From Octopus bimaculoides (lineage: Eukaryota): a DNA stretch of 64,000 bases. The stretch covers positions 146,013,380 through 146,077,379 of the forward strand of contig NC_068983.1 of NCBI RefSeq assembly GCF_001194135.2. Reading direction: 5' to 3'. Each line of letters starts with the position of its first letter. Position 1 is the stretch's first letter. The position numbers and the translations under genes are program-made. Of the stretch, positions 52,440 to 64,000 are shown in pieces. The notes under the pieces are model-generated. The model was not told the origin of the DNA, did no database searches, and saw only the letters and a program-made list of their open reading frames with translations.

Positions 52440-55400
52440 AAACAAAGGACAATAGGGATTTACATTGTGACATTGTAATCAATATAATTGTTATTAACAA
52501 GAAAATTCTGACAACAAAATTCCCCAATAGCAGGGGAAAGCCACTCGGGGACAACCAAGGAACCCCACAAATCCCTTTGTCACCTTCCTCACCAAGAGTA
52601 CTAATGCAAGTGCTCCTCTCTCCTCCACACCATTCATTCGCTACATACTCGCTACTTTCACCAATATTCACCCTCAAATCAATAACGACATGGCTAAAAT
52701 GGAAATTGTTTAATGTCAGTCATTTCAGTCACACCCACCACACAACCTTATTCGCCGTTTCCACCAGTCACAGCATGAAAGTCTGTCCTTCCCTGCAAAA
52801 GGTAGACGGCGGGACGATTTTTACGATGGAGTCGGCCGATAGCCCGATCTGGTCTGCACGTGTTAGCAGCTGCTCGACATAAATCCACAAGTCAGAAATG
52901 CTTGAACACTGTACGAGCGCGCGGCTCTGCGTACATCTCAGGCAGATCCGACTGACATCACTACCATACCTACAGGATTTGTTAGGGATTTCTGGGAATT
53001 ATCCATGGATTCTGGCCCAAAAATCCTCGGGAAAAAGACCAGCGAGTTGATTTTCTTAAACGCCAAGTTCCCCTAAGGGCACCATCACTCTTACCTTCTG
53101 CTAATCTTCTATTGGACACCCACCGACCACATTGTTCGAGTGGCACTCTAGAGTGCTGTCAAGCACTCTAGTTACCATTCCTACATCTGATCCTGGATGG
53201 CAGGTTTGTTAAAGAGACGAGCTGAGGAACAAGCATCTAAGAAAAGGTAACCACTCCTGCTCAGCGTCAAAGAAAAGTTGAACATATCGCAGCCACAACG
53301 CATGTCTGCACATCCTCGTCTGCGGTATGATTAGTCCTCCACGCTGCGGATATTGACAACAAATGGACCGTACGATCAGCGGGACTAATCCTCTCAACAG
53401 AAAGCAGAGTAGCAAGCGCCCATACTGGTCAGCCATGAAGCAAGGCAAAACACAGCGGTCAGGTTGTATGAGAACATGACGGATATGGTGCAGGCATTCG
53501 CCACCTCACCCGATCCTTCAGGAATAATTTCCTCACGGCCGATTTTTTAGACTGACCAGCCTACTCGTCACCTTTTCCCTAAAGGTTTGGATCAAACCAG
53601 TGCCTCACAACGTTGTTGGGTGGTATAGACTTACCTCTCTACGTGCCGAGCTGCCGGGCCACTGGTTAATTTTTGCTCCTGTCGCTCCCTCATAGTTCCT
53701 CAGAGTAGTGCCGATCACCTCGGTGTGCTTCGTGTTTGACATTATTACGATGACGCCGTCTACATACGAGGGGTGTATGAAAAGTTTTGAGCCTTCAAGG
53801 CCTTTGAGCCTTCAAGGCCTTTGAGCCTTCAAGGCCTTTGAGCCTTCAAGGCCTTTGAGCCTTCAAGTCTTGTACCTTCATCATGTCTTGTATCATGTTT
53901 TTTTTTTTTTTGAGGCTCAAGACTTTTCATACACCCCTCTATGCAAACACGGTTCTTATACATCATCCTAGTTCTCGGGGGGTACCCCTGGAAACCTCCA
54001 ACGTCTGTAGTAGTGACTCAGTACGAGCTGAAGGGAAGAAATGATACTACTGACGGATCGAACGCATGACGCTGAATGGTTCCGACAGGTGACTGTTTAC
54101 TCTGACCACCAAATAGATATTACTGTACATTGCAACGGTCCAGGTTCTGAAGAATTCAGCAGGTCTACCATATCGAAATCCGCATACATCTGCTTAGAAA
54201 AGGTGCCTCCCCAATCCATCAAAGACCGAATTGTCACTCTGTTGCCATGTTGTACCTCTGTCATCCGGGATCATCGGACAACATCCGTTCCCTCGTGCCT
54301 AGGATTACGCGCCCAAGCTCTAACCTAAGAGCTTACCGTTGAAGAATTGGTCAAGGGCTAATCTCACCGCCAGCACGTCAGTTGCAATATCTTACTAAAG
54401 CGCCTCTTGTAGGTTGCTAACTAGCTCACCCTCTAATCTAGAATTCGCTATCATTATTTCTTATTGATTCTAATCTAATAACCTTATATAGGGTTATTAG
54501 ATTACCCCTATCAACTCCCTCTTAACAAGTTCTCTAATCTATCTCAGTAAAATAGGCGCACCGAGAAAGATGCGTTCAGATTCCAGTGACTGAACCTCTC
54601 TCTATGTAGCCTACGCAGGTTGATCATACAAATCACAAACTCATAGTGTGTAGTCGACCACTTTCAATTATGGACAATCTATGGTATTCCTACTAGTTTA
54701 CACGTACGATCTGGTTTATTCGATGTTGTTTGCCCTTGTCCACACTGGCATTAGCGAAATCCAGTTCGTACCTTTCAGCTGGTTAGAAACTACTGAGAAG
54801 TTTTGCGAGGCTTTTTTACATCCTTTCTTCTATGAGCTAGCCCCACACAATCCAGACATGTATCCAAGATGGCGATCTAATTGCCCACAAGCATTAAAAG
54901 GACATTCAAAGGAACCTACTGAAAACACCTAAAGAAATCCAGCCGGCCCGCCCCGCCCCAGTAGGAGCATAGATGGTGATAAGTCTAAAGGCACCACTTT
55001 CTTATTGTTCACGTCCAGGGCCACCAACTAATTCCCTTTCCGTTCGTTTGACGTTGAGGATGGCGTCACTGCCTTCTAAAGAAACACAGATCAACAATTA
55101 CCAGATTTTCAACCCAGATGAAACTCTATCATAATGCAGCATATCCTTCTCCCTAAATATGTTGGGAAGAAATGAGTTCCCTGTTGCATATGAGAACTAT
55201 GGAGCGCTTCAATTCAAGGGCTTTGCTCTTGAAGGGAACTTCTCTGTTCTCTGGTCACATGATCTATATCTGCCCATATTTCTTTTAGGGCTCTTTCCAC
55301 TTAGCAAGTGTCACAGTTTCTAGGTGCCGGATTTTAGTGGACACGGTGTTATACTACCGTCTTCTGTGCATCTGCTTACAAAAACTCAGCTGGGATGGTA

Positions 55401-55540
55401 ACTTGTACTTTCCTCCCATTTACCTTCACAAGCTGTTTCGCTTGTCAGGTTATCTCCTTGTCGCCAAGGGAGAGTGAAAAGTATCGTATTGATTTCCTCA
55501 CGATCCCAGAAAAAGTGACCTGCCCGTAGAGTCTCCCCAC
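52440..55540 (-). mobile_element. L1/Tx1-like LINE remnant (endonuclease + RT + C-terminal region), interrupted by a MITE
   Basis: Minus strand: APE-like VALDVNNKKSGAFRLITIYAPTGAGR and LVGN*IAILDTCLDCVG; RT-like WTVAMYSNIYLVVRVNSHLSEPFSVMRSIRQ and VFAYVDGVIVIMSNTKHTEVIGTTLRNYEGATGAKIN; then RSICCQYPQRGGL and ISDLWIYVEQLL. Confidence 0.8.
53767..53939. mobile_element. Tc1/mariner-type MITE with an internal 17-bp tandem repeat
   Basis: About 27-bp TIRs (C)GAGGGGTGTATGAAAAGT(T/C)TTGAGCCT; TA duplication at 53765-66 and 53940-41; TTTGAGCCTTCAAGGCC repeated about 4.8 times at 53786-53870. Confidence 0.9.
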
Positions 55541-55554
55541 ACTTAGACGTCATC

Positions 55555-55581
55555 GTTATTGTTATTGTTGCTGCTACTGCT

Positions 55582-55656
<75 letters not shown>

Positions 55657-55670
55657 GCTGTTGTTGTTCT
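55555..55670. repeat. (GTT)n microsatellite
   Basis: Direct inspection. Confidence 0.95.
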
Positions 55671-55945
55671 CGTACAAATTTCGTCTCGTGAAGTTTGTAG
55701 TAATAAGAGAAAATTTTCCCGCTACCGCCTCCTTAATAGTCGGTGTTGTTACCGCCATAATCCTAAAGAGACGAAAACCAGACGAAAGCAAATAAATATT
55801 GTGAAAATTTGCAGCCCCTTCTTCTTCCACAAAAGTAGGTGTTCTTATTTAAAGTTTTAAAAAGACTCGCAACGGTTAACAAATTATTTTTCAGCAACAC
55901 TTAATAAAATTTCGGAAGCCAATACGACGCACGCTCAACTCAAAG

Positions 55946-56002
<57 letters not shown>

Positions 56003-57296
56003 GATGATGATGATGATAACAGTCTTAATGCGACAGTCCCAAGGCTGACAGGAAGCGGTGCTGCTTCCTAGGGCTAAATAGCAGTAGTACTATTCCCTTC
56101 ATATGACTGTCCCATTAAGTTGACAGCATACAACTACTTTATCGTATCACTACTGCATAAATCTCTTTGAGAGATTTAGAAATGTATTATTTCTATTTTT
56201 GAAATCAGTAAATGTATTTCACTAGAATAATTATATGCATACAAGAGCTAGATAGGCATCTCCAACTAGCAAGCCATGCTACTCCAGACTGAAGACGAGC
56301 AAAGACTGAGAAACTAGTCTCTGGATGCAGGTTTAGCAGAGTGGAGGTGCTTATCTCCACCTTATAAACATAAGGACACAGGAAATGTGTCAAGGCTGAC
56401 AGGAAGCGGTGCTGCTTCCTGGGGTAAATAGTAGTAATATTATACCTTTCACGGGACTGTCACATTAAGTTGACAGCATACAACTACTTTATATATANNN
56501 NNNNNNNNNNNNNNNNNNNNNNNNNNNNNNNNNNNNNNNNNNNNNNNNNNNNNNNNNNNNNNNNNNNNNNNNNNNNNNNNNNNNNNNNNNNNNNNNNNNN
56601 NNNNNNNNNNNNNNNNNNNNNNNNNNNNNNNNNNNNNNNNNNNNNNNNNNNAACAAAGTTTTGTCAACAGAGTGATATAGTACTAAAGTATAATGAAGCA
56701 GCGTCTTAATTCTTCATGTTGAAATTCAAAGATACTTCCCCGACCTACAAAACATCGAAAAAGTTCATCGTTTCATCACCAATCCCTTTGCAATCTCTGT
56801 TGTCGACCTTCTGTCAGAAGATTACGTCATTCAAGAACCGTTGTCGCCAAATTGGCCCCCAAATTCATCGTTCCATTCGCAACAGTATACGAATGTGAGA
56901 CGGCTTTTCCAACTTTACTCACAATTAAAACAAAGGCTCGCAATAAACTGGATGTTGCGCATGACATGAGGGTCGCATTATCAAAAACGCAGCCTAATAT
57001 TGAGGACATGTTATAGACCAAACAAGTTCACTCCTCTCATTGAGGTTTTTTATTTTATCAGTAAAATTTTGTCTCATAAAAATTATTTTATACAAGGTTA
57101 TTTTGCTTTGTTCGTTTTCTCTATTTTTTTTCATTTTGAGGCGAGGCTAGGGGTCTGCGAAACCTCGAAAAAGTGGAAGGTTGTCCGTAGGACGAAAATT
57201 TTGAAAAAGTTTAGGAACCTAGGCAGTAGATAATAGTAGTTCCAGGGTTATCAATTGTTTTTTTGTTTTTTTTTTCTCATATAGATCAGTCGTTCT

Positions 57297-58178
57297 CGTA
57301 GGGTCTGATTAATAAATATCTGGACAGTTGCCATAGTAACAAAGCTAAAGCACGCAGAGTGAAGTCGCTTGGCACAGATTGACCTTGAACTTTGCTGTGC
57401 ATGCACACTAAAATTTAGCATTCAAGCTCACTTCCACAGTTTACAGCAATGCTTGGAAGGAACTTGCGTAGCGTGTGATCGTCGCATTGACCATGAATCT
57501 ACATCAAATTTTGCCAAAAGCTTGGCGATACCTGCTCAGAGGCCTACGCAATGTGACAGAAAGTGTATGGAGAGGAGTGTATGAGCCAAAATATTTCGAT
57601 AGTGACGAACGTTCTGAGAGACCGGCAACCAAAAGAACTGAGAAAAACATAGCAGATGTGTGTGCAGCTGCGAGGGGAAATCGTCGAATCATCATCCATG
57701 AGTTATCAGAGGGTGTGCAGATTAGTTACGATTCAGTTCAGTACATTATCACTGAAGATTTAGATATGAGACGCGTGTCTGACAAGTTTGTGCCAAAACT
57801 GCTTTCAGCTGACAATGCACCTGCCCATTCAATGCAGCTTCTGTAGCAGTTTTTGGCTAGGCACAGCATTCCCCAGGTCCGACAGCCACAGTATTCCCCA
57901 GATCTCGCCCCTTGCAACTGATTCCTCTTTCCAAAAATTATCCCGCTTGAAAGGAAGAAGATTTCAGGACGTCGAGAAAATCAAAGTAAATGCGACGAGG
58001 CAGCTGCTGATTATCCCAGAAAACGAGTTTCGGGATGCTTCCATCAATGGAAACAGCACTGGATTAAGTATGTGGCTTCTGAAGGGAACTACTTTGAAGG
58101 AGATAATTGCCAGATTGGTACATGTTGTAGTTTTGTTTTTATAACACATGTCCGGATACGTATTGATCAGACCTCGTA
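57297..58178 (+). mobile_element. Mariner transposon, non-autonomous internal-deletion derivative
   Basis: Degenerate TIRs of about 28 bp (57297-57326 and 58149-58176, then TA). Transposase pieces SDERSERPAT..., MRRVSDKFVPKLLS fused directly to DNAPAHS, then QPQYSPDLAP...LKGRRFQDVEKIK...ASEGNYFEGDN. Confidence 0.9.
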
Positions 58179-58197
58179 TATATATATATTTATATAT

Positions 58198-58236
<39 letters not shown>

Positions 58237-58986
58237 NNNNNNNNNNNNNNNNNNNNNNNNNNNNNNNNNNNNNNNNNNNNNNNNNNNNNNNNNNNNNNNN
58301 NNNNNNNNNNNNNNNNNNNNNNNNNNNNNNNNNNNNNNNNNNNNNNNNNNNNNNNNNNNNNNNNNNNNNNNNNNNNNNNNNNNNNNNNNNNNNNNNNNNN
58401 NNNNNNNNNNNNNNNNNNNNNNNNNNNNNNNNNNNNNNNNNNNNNNNNNNNNNNNNNNNNNNNNNNNNNNNNNNNNNNNNNNNNNNNNNNNNNNNNNNNN
58501 NNNNNNNNNNNNNNNNNNNNNNNNNNNNNNNNNNNNNNNNNNNNNNNNNNNNNNNNNNNNNNNNNNNNNNNNNNNNNNNNNNNNNNNNNNNNNNNNNNNN
58601 NNNNNNNNNNNNNNNNNNNNNNNNNNNNNNNNNNNNNNNNNNNNNNNNNNNNNNNNNNNNNNNNNNNNNNNNNNNNNNNNNNNNNNNNNNNNNNNNNNNN
58701 NNNNNNNNNNNNNNNNNNNNNNNNNNNNNNNNNNNNNNNNNNNNNNNNNNNNNNNNNNNNNNNNNNNNNNNNNNNNNNNNNNNNNNNNNNNNNNNNNNNN
58801 NNNNNNNNNNNNNNNNNNNNNNNNNNNNNNNNNNNNNNNNNNNNNNNNNNNNNNNNNNNNNNNNNNNNNNNNNNNNNNNNNNNNNNNNNNNNNNNNNNNN
58901 NNNNNNNNNNNNNNNNNNNNNNNNNNNNNNNNNNNNNNNNNNNNNNNNNNNNNNNNNNNNNNNNNNNNNNNNNNNNNNNNNNNNNN

Positions 58987-59210
58987 NTATATATTGATCG
59001 AAGCATTCCTGAAACTCGTTTTCTGGGATAATCAGCAGCTGTCTCATCACATTCACTTTGATTTCCTCGACATCCTGAAATCTTCTTCCTTTCAAGTGGG
59101 ATTTGATTTTTGGAAAGAGGAAACAGTCGCAAGGGGCGAGATCTGGGGAAATCGGTGGGTGTCGGACCTGGGGAATGCTGTGCCTAGCCAAAAACTGGCA
59201 CACAAACACA
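58987..59210 (-). mobile_element. Mariner transposase C-terminal fragment (same family, opposite strand)
   Basis: QFLARHSIPQVRHPPISPDLAPCDCFLFPKIKSHLKGRRFQDVEEIKVNVMRQLLIIPENEFQECF. Confidence 0.9.
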
Positions 59211-59250
59211 CGCACACACACACACACACTCACACACACACACACATATA

Positions 59251-59284
<34 letters not shown>

Positions 59285-59326
59285 CATTCATACATACATG
59301 CATGCATACATACATACATACATACA

Positions 59327-59361
<35 letters not shown>

Positions 59362-60431
59362 TAAAACATGGGGTAAAAAATCAGATATTAATTAATATCG
59401 ATTTATTACCAGGAAGCTAGCACATTTAAAGAATCAGAGAGATTCAGAAAGAATATCTGAGATCTTAGGGGATTAAAGTATATTTTTATATATAATGTTG
59501 ACCACTAAAGTGGTCATTTAATGTGCTAGAAGTAGATCACATGTTGTGTCTACTAAGACCTAATGGTTCTCAAAAGAAATTCAGCGAAATACCAAAACGT
59601 ATGCGGGCAAAACAGTGAAAATTACATAAATAAAACATTATTATTCGTGGACCGGTTTCGAAATTAAGACTCTTACCGAATGTCTATTTCTCTTCAGCAC
59701 GACTTGTAAGGAAATCATAATTCTCAGAATCTTATACAAGTTGTTCACTCCTAGAGGCAAACGTGTATATGGTTCTGCTAATTACAACTTAATGGTAAAA
59801 ATCAAATGTCTTCGTTTTGGCGCGCTAATTCCGGAAACATGTCTGCAGAAAATAGTTACTGCGTCGCATATATCCACTTTGAGAACTTGGTTATGGTTAA
59901 TAAAATTAAAACATAGAGTAAAAAATCAGATATTAATTCATATCGATTTATTACCAGGAAGCTAGCACATTTAAAGAATCAGAGAGATTCAGAAAAAATA
60001 TCTGAGATCTTGTATAAGTGAACAACTTGTATAAGATTCTGAGAATTATGATTTCCGATTTGAAGCGAGAATTTTTAAATACAAACAAATGAGTTTTCCA
60101 TAATAGCTTTCTCTCCGTAACTTACTAAGCCCTTCGAACACACACACATATGATAATGTATCATTATGTATACTTGTAACAGAAAGCGTCCCTTTCTATC
60201 ACCAACTCCAAACAGTCAGACTATAGATATTTCGATAAGTTTCCAGAGCAAAAGACCACCGCATAACTACGTTAAAAATCGGGAGTAAGGCTAACGTTAC
60301 TGAGAATTTTTCTCATCTTAATATAATGCTCGCTGAGCTGAGCTACTTGTAGGTGATTCCTTAAATTTTAAGATATATATTTACTGTCATTAACATGAGA
60401 AAGTTTTGCAAAATTATATCAAACAAATATA

Positions 60432-60750
60432 CGGGGTGGGGCAGAGAGGACAGAGATATTTTAAATGGCTATTACTCAGTCCCACTTTGAGTGACATATG
60501 TCCGATAGGTACCATTCGGTCTGTGGTGTCTTAGCATTTTTTATCTTTTTAGGTGAAGCCATGGCTCTATGGACGATAGAGTATTGCATGTTTGCCTACG
60601 ACAGTTATGTGAAGAATAACGGGTCTGTCACAGCAGTTCAGCGTGAGTTTCGGCGCCACTTCAACATTCACCGTAATCAGGATGTTCCCACCCGTAACAC
60701 AATCTTACGTTGGGCGAATGCGCTTCGTACACGAAGTACACTAATGAATA
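60432..60750 (+). mobile_element. 5' end of a Tc1/mariner-superfamily element with a DUF4817-type HTH transposase N-terminus
   Basis: TA-CGGGGTGGGG start; ATG at 60561 opens MALWTIEYCMFAYDSYVKNNGSVTAVQREFRRHFNIHRNQDVPTRNTILRWANALRTRSTLMN. Confidence 0.75.
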
Positions 60751-60978
60751 CGTCCAGCAGTTTCGAATGTGAATATGTTAATCGCTGTTGCATATTTTGT
60801 TATTGAAGAACAACTCCTTTCAGGTGAAAATGCGTTCACAACACATTGGGATTATTAGTGCAAGGGGAATTAATTAAGCGTGTTTATGAACATACATTCG
60901 TCTGAAAGGGGTTGTTCTCCTATGACGAAAGACAACAACGATTAGCATAGCATATTCACATTCGAATTTGCCGGAACG
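60751..60978. mobile_element. TA-flanked MITE
   Basis: Imperfect TIRs of about 45 bp (CGTCCAGCAGTTTCGAATGTGAATATG... / ...CATATTCACATTCGAATTTGCCGGAACG), with TA on both sides. Confidence 0.7.
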
Positions 60979-61009
60979 TATTAAGAATTCTTTCTAATGT
61001 TGACAGAAA

Positions 61010-61200
61010 GCCGACAATTTTGGGAGAAGGAGGGGTGGTCAAATCGATCTCATCAATTCCAGCACTTGACTGATACTTTATTTCATCGAATCCGGAGGAG
61101 AATTAAAGGCAAGGTTGGTCCCGGCGGAATTTGAATTTCGGAAAAAATTCCGACAAGCATGTTTTCCCGGCTCTCTAACGGTTCTACCAAATCACCGTTG
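61010..61200 (-). mobile_element. SINE family A copy
   Basis: aaaggcaaggttggtcccggcggaatttgaatt...cccggctctctaacggttctacc. Confidence 0.65.
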
Positions 61201-62239
61201 GCAGAACCGTTTTAAGAATGAATGCAAATGCCATCAATATTTACATGTGTTTTACCGTTAGTTTGCAGTTCTGAGTTCAGACCAAACCTCGGGAATGTAT
61301 TTGAAAGAGATGTACATCACCATTCACTGGCCTTGTCTAAATATACTAATATGAAAACGAAGTCTTCGGTGGTATTCCTATGACTCAATAGATTACAGAA
61401 CTCATCATCTCATCATTCCTAATGCAGTATTTATTTCACCCAGCTGGTTGTTCGGAGCGTTGACTTTTAATCAGCGTATATCTCTTATAGTCTATTACAA
61501 ACGTACAGCCGTTTGGGTTTCCACAACAGCATAATCCATGTAACTGTGATAACCTTCACCTTTTTTAAAGTAGACATTTCTTGTAATGTTCTCAGTCACT
61601 TATTTAAAGAAATGTGAAGAAGATTCATTGAAATTATTTATCTACTGACTGATCATCAATTTTCAGTTTTCCGGAAGTCTTTTTGCTTTGTTTTATTTAT
61701 TTGTTTGTTCTACTCGGAATGTGTATAACTTTTCTAGTAGAATTTATTTCTGACACTTACTATCGCTGATGGCTTTCTCTTCTTACTGCACACTGACACC
61801 TGGTCTCTATGATTTACTGAACCAGGTCTTCTAGTAACAAAATGGTAAGTGGAAAGAGTCGTTGAAAATTGTCTCAGAATACAGATGTAATTAACACTTT
61901 CCCTTAACATATATGATGATGTTAGTAAGTTGTTACATTGCTTCACACAGTGATTTATATTTATAATTTACAACCAAGCTGAATAATTCATTCTGATGAT
62001 GAATGAGTCAGTCCTGTGGCAGTAATAGAATTACCTTTCATGTGTAATATTAAAACTCAGTTATCAAAATCGTTCTTCATTTGTGCTCATTTCCTATCTA
62101 ATTTCTTTTAAGACTAAAAAGCAAACTAACATTATGGAAATTTGCGTTTGTAATGCACGTTTTGATTACTACATATTTAACAGTTTCGTTAACAATTTTA
62201 TAGAACATACATACATACATACATACATACATACATACA

Positions 62240-62760
<521 letters not shown>

Positions 62761-62829
62761 CTTTTGTTTTGTTTTTTTGTATACTAGCCACTATTCCCAA
62801 TCCTCCATCTCCAGAACATCGATCCACTG

Positions 62830-63003
62830 GAATCTCCCCTCGCTCATATCTTTCCTACAAGAGTGGACCAGCTTGTAAATAGATGGAAGGAAGTCATAGA
62901 TAATCAGGGAAAGTACATTGATGATTAAATTTCAATTAGATATAACATCTGTTGACTTGTTTTCTTCATTCAAAATTCGGACAGAACTTATGGGATGACC
63001 TGA
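62830..63003 (+). mobile_element. Mariner 3' end fragment
   Basis: DQLVNRWKEVIDNQGKYIDD*, followed by a TIR-like ...cggacagaacttatgggatgacctgata. Confidence 0.65.
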
Positions 63004-63040
63004 TATATGTGTGTATGCGTGTGGGTACATGTTTTTGTGA

Positions 63041-63180
63041 GGTATAACTACGGAGTAAGAAGTTTCGGGTTCAGTCCCACTGCGTGGCGCCTTCAGCAAG
63101 TTTCTTCTATTACAGTCCCGGGCCTATCAAAGCTATGTAAGTGGATTTGGTAGACGGAAAATAAAGGAAGCCTGCTGTAT

Positions 63181-63211
<31 letters not shown>

Positions 63212-63398
63212 TGCATGTCTTTGTGTGTCAGTGTCTGCCCAACTCTCATTACTTAACAACCGGTGTTCATTTCTTTAAGTTCCTGTAAACTAGCGATTCG
63301 GCAAAAGAGGCCGATAGAATAAGTACCGGGATCGATTTCTTCGACTAAAACCGTACAACACGGAGCTATATGACTGAAGCGAATAAAGAATAAAAGAT
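63041..63398 (+). mobile_element. SINE family B copy
   Basis: gggttcagtcccactgcgtggcgcc...gtggatttggtagacggaaa...(CA)n...gcgattcggcaaaagaggccgatagaataagtacc. Confidence 0.85.
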
Positions 63399-63507
63399 AT
63401 GTGTGGATGTGTACGTAGGTGTGTGTGTATATGTATGTATGTATATGTATGTATGTGTGTGTATGGAGGGTGTGTGTATGTGTGTGTTCATATATATATG
63501 CCATATG

Positions 63508-63634
<127 letters not shown>

Positions 63635-64000
63635 AATATAGGTTCGGCATGTGATATCCTACCCATAAACTTGCTTTATTACAACTGTCTCTGAGTAAGA
63701 TCTCTTTCTCCCAATTTGAAGCAAAATTTCACACAAACGTCTTCGGTTCCAAATCCTTCGCTGTACAACTAGCCTGGCATCACCAAGTGCACTAAACATA
63801 CGTTCTATTAAATATGTATTGATCGGTAACGAAATAGAGTGACGTGATGTGGCTATCATAAACTTTAGATCAAGCACAGAAGTTGCCGACCTCATAAGAA
63901 TTTATAAACTTCGGGAGAACGTGAGATAATTCTTTCTTGGAACATTGGATTTCGAAGCTGAGGATAAAGCTATAAATAATAGCATATAAATATTGAATTA

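Noticed and set aside
53786-53870. 17-bp periodic repeat as a CRISPR-like array
   Set aside because: No spacers, eukaryotic context, and it lies inside a MITE.
26994-59395. Long ORFs made mostly of X, and CV/YI/HT/ER/LS/II-repeat ORFs throughout the window
   Set aside because: Artefacts of N-gaps and di-, tri- or tetranucleotide repeats.

Overview
AT-rich, repeat-dense animal genomic DNA from a draft assembly, with many N-gaps next to microsatellites. The SINE families and an encoded octopus-type peptide point to a coleoid cephalopod, most likely Octopus (inference). The main result is a three-exon, plus-strand neuropeptide precursor gene that the ORF track misses. Exon 1 is about 31195-31274, has a TATA box and initiator, and ends in ATG|gtaagt; exon 2 is 46842-47029; the coding part of exon 3 is 50607-50838. 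Splicing gives a 140-aa prepropeptide: MVKITSICFCFLLGLGVLFDSWAEA|GCARPCLLSFFRCVRSVEEECCSGYRTCMKDACDVANPSCNDNV-G-KR-SGWY-KR-GSWD-KR-GSWN-KK-SDDQT-KR-GSWN-KR-SDEEDS-KR-GSWN-KR-QETDDFSEAML-KK-VLNENYGVHL*. GSWD is the known octopus cardioactive tetrapeptide Ocp-3/Ocp-4 (L-/D-Ser2, achatin-like). Here it is co-encoded with a predicted 44-aa, 8-Cys, C-terminally amidated peptide that I cannot assign to a family. The rest of the window is decayed mobile DNA: tRNA-derived SINEs, RTE, CR1/L2/Jockey-like, L1/Tx1 and R4/Dong LINE remnants, a Helitron remnant, mariner derivatives, MITEs, Penelope-like termini with hammerhead-like cores, and microsatellites. All family assignments come from motif recognition by eye; no database searches were run.
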